DNA of 64,000 nucleotides from Acidobacteriota bacterium. Its GTDB lineage: Bacteria; Acidobacteriota; UBA6911. A model generated the notes under the pieces. It was not told the origin of the DNA and made no database searches. It worked only from the letters and a program-made list of their open reading frames with translations. Shown one piece after another: positions 60,963 to 64,000 of the stretch; positions within the stretch are counted from its first letter, which is position 1; each line of letters starts with the position of its first letter. A program made the translations under genes and the position numbers. The stretch spans positions 2,976,001 through 3,040,000 of the forward strand of contig OY761556.1 of assembly GCA_963664705.1 (NCBI GenBank). Reading direction: 5' to 3'.

Positions 60963-61391
60963 AAAGCGCTCCTTTCGGGAAAAGCCTGCAATCCTTGGGC
61001 AATGGAACAACCACACAGCCCCAGGGCAATTCCGCGATATTTGAAATTATGGATAAATCCGTTTAATTGCTGCGCCAATGATTGAGCGGCGCAATGAACT
61101 AATGCACGATGGCGCCTTCATGACGCACTGGAAATCACCGATGAACCCAGCATATCACCGACGCAGATTCCACAGAATTACTATTTTGTGCGGGATCTTC
61201 TGCTGGGCATGGTCGTACCTGACGAGGCACTGTACATTACACGTCTTTGTATAAAAATAAGTTAAGATTAGGACTTTACCGAACTTCACAGGTTGAGTGG
61301 AACTTCCTTTGATGGAAGCATCTATCAAGGCAACCACCGAGGGTCCCTGTTCGCACGCGTTTCTAGGCGGCGCTTTCAAGAGGAGGATTCC

Positions 61392-62006
61392 GTGGATCTT
61401 TATGAAGCTGTAAGATGCCGACGAACTGTGCGCGAATTCAGGCCGGATCCGATCGCAGAGCAAATCCTTCGTCGGGTCCTGGATGCGGGGCTGAAGGCAC
61501 CATCCAATGCGCACATCAAACCTTGGCAGTTTATATTGTTACGCGATCCGGAGAAAAGGCGTCGGGCTATCATTCAGGGCCTCCAGGCGCGCGACATGCG
61601 TGACCGAGAAGAAATCGAACGCTTTCTTGAGGGATTTTCGGAAGATTCCCTTAAGGAAGTCTACCGACGGGCGCTGCCGGTTCAACTGAGCATGATGCTC
61701 GAGGCGCCTGAGGTACTGATTGTGTGCACCAAAATGAAACCACTGACCGATTGCCGCACGCTCTTCCACCTGAATCCGCTGGCTTCCATCTGGATGTGTA
61801 TTCAAAACATCATGCTGGCACTGGCTGCGGAGGGATTATTCGGATGCACCTATACGCCCTATGACGCATCCGGCCTTAAGTCGATTATCGGTGTTCCTCC
61901 AGATTGGGAGGTTGCCGCCGTCATTCCATTCGGCTATCCAAAGGCGCTGCCCGCGCCCAATGTGGACGAAGATCTCGACTCCAGGCTGCATATGAATGTC
62001 TGGTAA
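61392..62006 (+). CDS. Nitroreductase family protein
   Basis: RRTVREF, APSNAHIKPWQF, IQNIMLALAAEGL and FGYP motifs; GTG start after GAGGAGG. Confidence 0.9.
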   Translation: MDLYEAVRCRRTVREFRPDPIAEQILRRVLDAGLKAPSNAHIKPWQFILLRDPEKRRRAIIQGLQARDMRDREEIERFLEGFSEDSLKEVYRRALPVQLSMMLEAPEVLIVCTKMKPLTDCRTLFHLNPLASIWMCIQNIMLALAAEGLFGCTYTPYDASGLKSIIGVPPDWEVAAVIPFGYPKALPAPNVDEDLDSRLHMNVW

Positions 62007-62047
62007 AAACGTATTCGCGGGGGGGGGATTTTCCTTGTGTGCGGATT

Positions 62048-62467
62048 TCAGCTCCTGGCTGTAATTTTGCCGGTGAAGGATTGGACGACGATCTTTCCCT
62101 GCTGCACAACAAAGGTATCGGTACCGAGCTCATACACGTTATCGGATGTCTCTGCATTCCACAGAATGTAGCCGCAGTCTCCTTCGACCGCCTGCAGTTT
62201 CAGGCTGAAAGACGCGCCGGGTTTCCCAAACTCTGCAATCATCGCCTGGAATAACGGCTTGATTTCACCTACACCCTTGAGCGTTCCGTTTGCGGTAAAC
62301 ATGACGGCATCCGGTGCATAGTCAGAGAGGATGCCACCAAGATCGGACTCACTAAAAAATTTAAGGTGGCGGTCCATTATGTCTTTTGTCGAGGCTGTTG
62401 TTGCCCCCACCTGCTTTGTCTGTGGAGCGCTATTGTCTGCCCCGCTTCGTGGTAATTCAGAATTCAT
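62048..62467 (-). CDS. SnoaL/NTF2-like protein
   Basis: DYAPDAVMF and GTDTFVVQQGKIVVQSF motifs. Confidence 0.82.
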   Translation of the reverse strand: MNSELPRSGADNSAPQTKQVGATTASTKDIMDRHLKFFSESDLGGILSDYAPDAVMFTANGTLKGVGEIKPLFQAMIAEFGKPGASFSLKLQAVEGDCGYILWNAETSDNVYELGTDTFVVQQGKIVVQSFTGKITARS

Positions 62468-62502
62468 AACTTTCTCCTTTTTGTTAAGTGAAAAAAATGG
62501 AC

Positions 62503-62991
62503 CTATCCGGCTGAATGGCAGATAACCTTGCCAAAGAGGGCTCGCATGACAAAAGAGGGGACACAGATTCCCGAGCTCACATTAACGAAGGCAGTTGCCA
62601 CCAGTAACCAGCCGGTGCAATATCCAAGGGTCGAGAATCCCGCCTGGAAGCTATAAGCCGAGATGCTAATCATGGTGGTAGCCACGGCACAGGCGAGATG
62701 TCGACGGAATCCATACCGGGGCAACGCCGGCAACCCAAACAGATGGCGCAAGCCATAATCGTAAAACACATCAAATGGATGTTTGGGCAGGATGGCACCC
62801 AAAGCCGCAAAAGGCACCAGTGCCCATAGAATCGTCGCAGAACCCAGCGCGGCCCCGAGGCCAGTCCACGACATACATATGGCAGGAGACCATCGCAGCG
62901 GATAATTTATCTCGGCATAGGTCCCGTCATTTAAACCACAGAACCCCTGGGACTCAATTCTCTGTCTTATAGTTTTGATTGATGAATCCAT
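62503..62991 (-). CDS. DUF4395-like membrane protein
   Basis: HPFDVFY, PRYGFRRHLAC and GICVPS motifs; several TM segments. Confidence 0.65.
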   Translation of the reverse strand: MDSSIKTIRQRIESQGFCGLNDGTYAEINYPLRWSPAICMSWTGLGAALGSATILWALVPFAALGAILPKHPFDVFYDYGLRHLFGLPALPRYGFRRHLACAVATTMISISAYSFQAGFSTLGYCTGWLLVATAFVNVSSGICVPSFVMRALFGKVICHSAG

Positions 62992-63078
62992 GTCATTCCT
63001 CCGGATTTCCTTGCTTGATGAGAATCTCTTTCTTCCAACCCCGAGCTGCGTGAGGAGGGTGCACGCCGCTCCACACGC

Positions 63079-63294
63079 TTATCGCGCAGCCATTTCCATC
63101 ACCGCCTCCGTCGTCATGGATTTGCCTCCAAAACCCCAATCCCCGCTCCGAACCTCTTCGATGATCACCACGGTAGCCGGTCGCAGGTTTTCACCTTCGA
63201 TGGACACCATTGCATCCGTGAGTCCGACGACCATTTCTTTCTTCTGTGCGGGCGTGAATACGCCTTCGATCAGTTTAACGTTAATCAGTGGCAT
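63079..63294 (-). CDS. 4-oxalocrotonate tautomerase family protein
   Basis: N-terminal Pro (MPLINVK); IEEV...WGFGG. Confidence 0.92.
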   Translation of the reverse strand: MPLINVKLIEGVFTPAQKKEMVVGLTDAMVSIEGENLRPATVVIIEEVRSGDWGFGGKSMTTEAVMEMAAR

Positions 63295-63521
63295 GGTTTT
63301 TCTCCTTAATTTTCAAAATGTGATCTTTGGATTTGGCTGACATTCGCATCCAGCTGCATTAGCTTCCATCCAATCAATCCTTCTGCAATATGCAACATGG
63401 CCGGATCACCGGCCTTATCCGAGCGTCCGGGTTTCTTGATCGGGCTGACATAGCCCGTGGTATCCTTGATTCAGAGTCCGGTTGGATTTGCCCAGAATCC
63501 GCAAAAGGATGGAGAGGCCGG

Positions 63522-64000
63522 ATGGATGTTCTATCTGAGGTTTTGAAATCCGTTAAGCTCCGGGGAGCGCTCTACTACAACGGCGAGTTCTCCGAACCCT
63601 GGAGCATCAAAACTCCGGCTTCCAGCGCATTAGCTCCGTTCGTCTCTTCGGACGGCGGGCATGTCATCATTTATCACCTGCTGAGTGAAGGAAGTGCCTA
63701 TGCGCATTTGGAGGACGGCCCCCCGGTCTGCGTGGAGGCTGGCAACATAGTGGTCTTCCCGCATGGAGATTCGCATGTATTGGGCAACGGGCGAAATAGC
63801 CGGCCGGTAGATGCAGCAAAGGAACTGGAGCGCATATTCTCGCAAGGCTTAAACGTCTCAAGGATGGGTGGAGGCGGAGAGGTTTCAAAGTTTATCTGTG
63901 GCTACCTGGTTTGCGATCCGCAGCTTGCTCGGGTCTTCCTGAGCGGCCTTCCGAAGATACTCATCGTTAACATCAGAAACGACACTTCCGGCCGCTGGCT
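63522..64000 (+). CDS. AraC family regulator with N-terminal Cupin_6 domain (partial, runs off the window)
   Basis: Hand translation MDVLSEVLKSVKLRGALYYNGEFSEPW...VVFPHGDSHVLG...FICGYL...LSGLP stays open to the window end. Not in the ORF track. Confidence 0.85.
   Translation, partial: MDVLSEVLKSVKLRGALYYNGEFSEPWSIKTPASSALAPFVSSDGGHVIIYHLLSEGSAYAHLEDGPPVCVEAGNIVVFPHGDSHVLGNGRNSRPVDAAKELERIFSQGLNVSRMGGGGEVSKFICGYLVCDPQLARVFLSGLPKILIVNIRNDTSGRW

Noticed and set aside
62019-62027. G9 homopolymer as a phase-variation switch
   Set aside because: It lies between convergent 3' ends, not in a CDS or promoter.

Overview
This is a gene-dense bacterial chromosomal window using genetic code 11. Its gene content (TIGR03435-like protein, ECF sigma plus Ser/Thr kinase-propeller pair, Oar-type TonB-dependent receptors, BlaI/M56-TonB module) suggests Acidobacteriota with an anaerobic-type redox inventory; the taxonomy is inference. 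I found no rRNA, tRNA or CRISPR array. The strongest signal is missed by the ORF track. Two pairs of split ORFs (21428-23140 +, 39265-40980 -) are each one continuous reading frame interrupted by a single in-frame TGA in a UxxC motif (H-U-S-L-C and D-U-G-S-C). They are read here as two ~570-aa UGSC-family selenoproteins, both with N-terminal export signals. They lie among a tungsten AOR-family enzyme, two paralogous xanthine-dehydrogenase-family Mo subunits whose catalytic Glu aligns to His and which have no Fe-S/FAD partner genes, three Tat-signal cupins next to two TonB-dependent receptors, an exported carboxylesterase and an unusual TatC. Together these may form an undescribed Se/Mo/W redox-catabolic system. 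Other features are a RAYT/Y1 transposase bracketed by inverted ends with expanded tandem repeats, a frameshifted VOC gene, a 33-aa TatA-like mini-ORF, BlaI operators and an RND efflux pair. All assignments come from motif recognition only; no searches were run.
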